From NCBI RefSeq assembly GCF_001194135.2, contig NC_068981.1, forward strand, positions 65,597,070-65,661,069: 64,000 nucleotides of DNA. Direction: 5' to 3'. This document shows positions 62,476-64,000 of the stretch, one piece after another (positions within the stretch are counted from its first letter, which is position 1; each line of letters opens with the position of its first letter). The notes under the pieces are model-generated. The model did no database searches and was not told where the DNA came from. It saw only the letters and a program-made list of their open reading frames with translations. Made by a program: the position numbers and the translations under genes. The DNA comes from Octopus bimaculoides. Lineage: Eukaryota.

Positions 62476-63690
62476 TAGTGAAATAGATATGTATATGTGT
62501 GTGTGTAGATAGATGAATAGATAGATAGATAGACAGTGAAATAGATGTGTGTGCTGGTGGAAATTGACATAAACATCTTATAGTATTTAAGTCTGAAAAA
62601 GAGAGACGACTCTCTAAAAGGTTGTAACTCTGGCAAACAGAACCATTTGATAAATAGTGATCAATAAAATGTATACCAAATTTACATATTGTGCTTGAAA
62701 AGAGTATAAAAATGTGAAACCACTGGATGGCAGAATCAGACAAAATATCTTGCAGTAATTAGGTTTATCCCTTTATACTCTGAGTTCAAATTCTGCTAGA
62801 TGCTCTTCGTCTTTCATAATTCTGAAATATGAAACTGATAATCTAAGTACTTAGGTCAATGTAATCAACTATACTTTGGAAGGCATTGCCTCAGCACAGC
62901 AAAAGTCAAATGATAGAAACCAATAAACCATAAAAGAATGAAAGACTGTATTATTTGTCTTTTTCTCACTGGATACAAAGTACAAAGTTATAGGGACAGG
63001 TTGTGTATGATGTTGGGGCAAATTACATGAATGACATATACATCATTATGGTTTATTGCTTTAACATCCACTTTTCTATGATTTTATAGTATAGATACAC
63101 AGTAATCCCCTGACTATCGCAGGTGTTATGTTCTAAAACCTCCCACAGAAATAATTAAAATCTAAAAAAATATAAATACCTATCGGCTGCAGAAACCCGC
63201 CATATACTGAGGAGTCCCGATATAAATTTACATATATTAGCCAGAAAAATCCATAATGTACTGCGTATGCGATAGGTGAACCACAATGTACTGAATGCGT
63301 GATAGGTGACCCACGATATAGCGAGGGATTACTGTATATATATATGTAGATACACATCTATATTCATGCTGTGTGTGTCTGCTAACTGACAAGACTAAGA
63401 CACCATAACTTACTTGTAGGATTACCCAGTGTCCATCTTGAGCTGATATATCCATAGCTTCTTCAGCTATGATTTCTTGTCCTTGACCCAGAGATATGTT
63501 GTGGAAGTTCTTGTTATCATTTGAGAAACCTAATTTTTTGCCCAATGCCTCTACATCTTTGAGGGGATCCACTCCAGGAGACAAGATAAAAAATACTGGA
63601 GTACCAGGACCAGATTCTTCATAAGATTTAGCAAAGTCCACTTGGCGTCCTTCAACGTACTGTGTACCCATCTTCTCTTCAATGAAATTC
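54295..63690 (-). CDS. DNAH17-like: Axonemal outer-arm dynein heavy chain, beta type (DNAH9/DNAH11/DNAH17 family), 3' part only: AAA6 and C-terminal domain. Exons (minus): 63690-63414, 62122-61895, 59651-59340, 57348-57106, 55260-55072, 54912-54295
   Basis: Six phase-compatible GT-AG exons with dynein motifs [86 protein letters not shown] and the ending [13 protein letters not shown]. The exact paralogue cannot be resolved from this fragment. Confidence 0.95.
55072..55260 (-). CDS. Dynein heavy chain exon ([13 protein letters not shown]...ELDLGLK, 189 nt)
   Basis: Acceptor TTTATGTAG, donor AAG|GTAAAA. Confidence 0.95.
55990..56360 (-). mobile_element. Retrozyme-like or Penelope-related non-autonomous element: 320-bp unit plus about 51-bp terminal direct repeat
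   Basis: 55990-56040 and 56310-56360 match at 44 of 51 positions, all mismatches being transitions. The unit contains the hammerhead fold and lies in the dynein intron 57105-55261. Confidence 0.6.
56155..56197 (-). ncRNA. Type I hammerhead ribozyme fold with G12A core change, inside a 320-bp direct-repeat-bounded unit (retrozyme-like)
   Basis: Minus strand reads TTCTGG CTGACGA GAC-ACAA-GTC AAAA CA-CCAC-TGT C CCAGAA. Stem I is 6 perfect bp, core CUGACGA, stem II 3 bp + 4-nt loop, AAAA in place of GAAA, stem III 3 bp, GUC cleavage triplet. Confidence 0.8.
57106..57348 (-). CDS. Dynein heavy chain exon ([11 protein letters not shown]...GVSREEK, 243 nt)
   Basis: Acceptor ATTACAG, donor AAA|GTAAAT. 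Confidence 0.94.
57540..57845 (+). mobile_element. RTE LINE 3' tail copy with expanded (GAT)n tail
   Basis: Family tail; long (GAT)n at about 57792-57844. Confidence 0.75.
58525..58745 (+). mobile_element. SINE family B copy
   Basis: GGCAGCAAACTGGCAGAACC... head, core, and GGCCTTGTGCC tail. Confidence 0.7.
59340..59651 (-). CDS. Dynein heavy chain exon ([12 protein letters not shown]...LEVYMHPDM, 312 nt)
   Basis: Acceptor TTCTAAAG, donor ATG|GTGAGT. Confidence 0.95.
59790..60005 (-). mobile_element. Old RTE-type LINE C-terminal fragment
   Basis: Minus translation [37 protein letters not shown]...VASDRILWR resembles the RPRGRP..RW.D end of RTE ORF2. Confidence 0.55.
60290..60600 (+). mobile_element. 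Fragment of a restriction-like-endonuclease non-LTR retrotransposon (HERO/NeSL-like)
   Basis: ORF 60343..60540 [39 protein letters not shown] matches the post-RT motif ..ALYG....LQLP...LTEEFKV...R...Y.DS that I recall for HERO-type elements. Confidence 0.5.
61416..61767 (+). mobile_element. tRNA-derived SINE, family C
   Basis: A box TAACTCAGTGG, B box GAGTTCAATTC, core TTCTTGAGCAA.ACACTTTATTTCA.GTTGC.CCAG; related heads at about 12795-13050, 56395-56600 and 57858-58150. Confidence 0.7.
61895..62122 (-). CDS. Dynein heavy chain exon (NVHLVAKWL...KALDNFDQ, 228 nt)
   Basis: Acceptor TTTCTTAG, donor CAG|GTAAAA. Confidence 0.95.
62360..62535. repeat. Compound (GATA)/(GACA)/(GGAT) microsatellite
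   Basis: Direct inspection; source of spurious ORFs 62336..62743 and 62340..62636. Confidence 0.9.
63100..63334. mobile_element. Tc1/mariner (pogo/Tigger-like) MITE
   Basis: TIRs CAGTAATCCCCTGACTATCG / CGATATAGCGAGGGATTACTG, TA on the right flank, internal short tandem units (CCACAATGTACTG...GATAGGTGA). Confidence 0.7.
63414..63690 (-). CDS. Dynein heavy chain exon ([15 protein letters not shown]...GHWVILQ, 277 nt)
   Basis: Acceptor TATTGCAG, donor CAA|GTAAGT. Confidence 0.95.
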
Positions 63691-64000
63691 CTGCAATAGC
63701 AGATATAGAACTGGTGAAATATGGGGTTAATTAGCAAACCAGATGAATTATTACAACTGTTATTTTTAATACTAATCAAAAAATGGAATGGAACAATGCT
63801 TTAGAAATTAAAGTTTTGAATTATCAATTCAAAGATTATGGGTTCATCTTTGCAGCAAGAAATACCCTAAACTCTTGTATCAGATTGACAAGAAATATTT
63901 ACCTCACTAAGCCTATTGTTGTTGTTGTTGGCACTCCATCGCTTACGACGTCGAGAGTTCCAGTTGATCCAATCAACGGAACAGCCTGCTTGTGAAATTA

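Overview
AT-rich, repeat-dense animal genomic DNA with spliced genes. It is most likely an octopus (coleoid cephalopod), inferred from the SINE and RTE families; the species cannot be confirmed here. Two protein-coding genes lie in tandem on the minus strand. (1) A complete 11-exon mannose-1-phosphate guanylyltransferase alpha gene (GMPPA), CDS 47059 to 17428, 1266 nt, 421 aa, all introns GT-AG and in phase. (2) The last six exons of an axonemal outer-arm beta-type dynein heavy chain (DNAH9/11/17 family), 63690 to 54295, continuing beyond the window. The rest is introns and intergenic DNA filled with tRNA-derived SINEs, many 5'-truncated RTE LINE tails, CR1- and HERO-like fragments, a mariner remnant, piggyBac-like and pogo-like MITEs, a probable solo LTR, microsatellites and six assembly gaps. 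Most short ORFs in the supplied track are noise. The most interesting unexplained signals are two type-I hammerhead ribozyme folds found by hand. One (56155-56197, minus) sits inside a 320-bp unit with terminal direct repeats in a dynein intron, a retrozyme-like arrangement, and carries a G12A core change consistent with CpG decay. The other (7740-7785, plus) is a minimal Penelope-type motif with a palindromic stem III, embedded in a 42-bp inverted repeat. Also notable are a frame-preserving 27-nt candidate GMPPA microexon and inverted RTE copies around a skippable GMPPA exon. All repeat boundaries are approximate and were read by eye.
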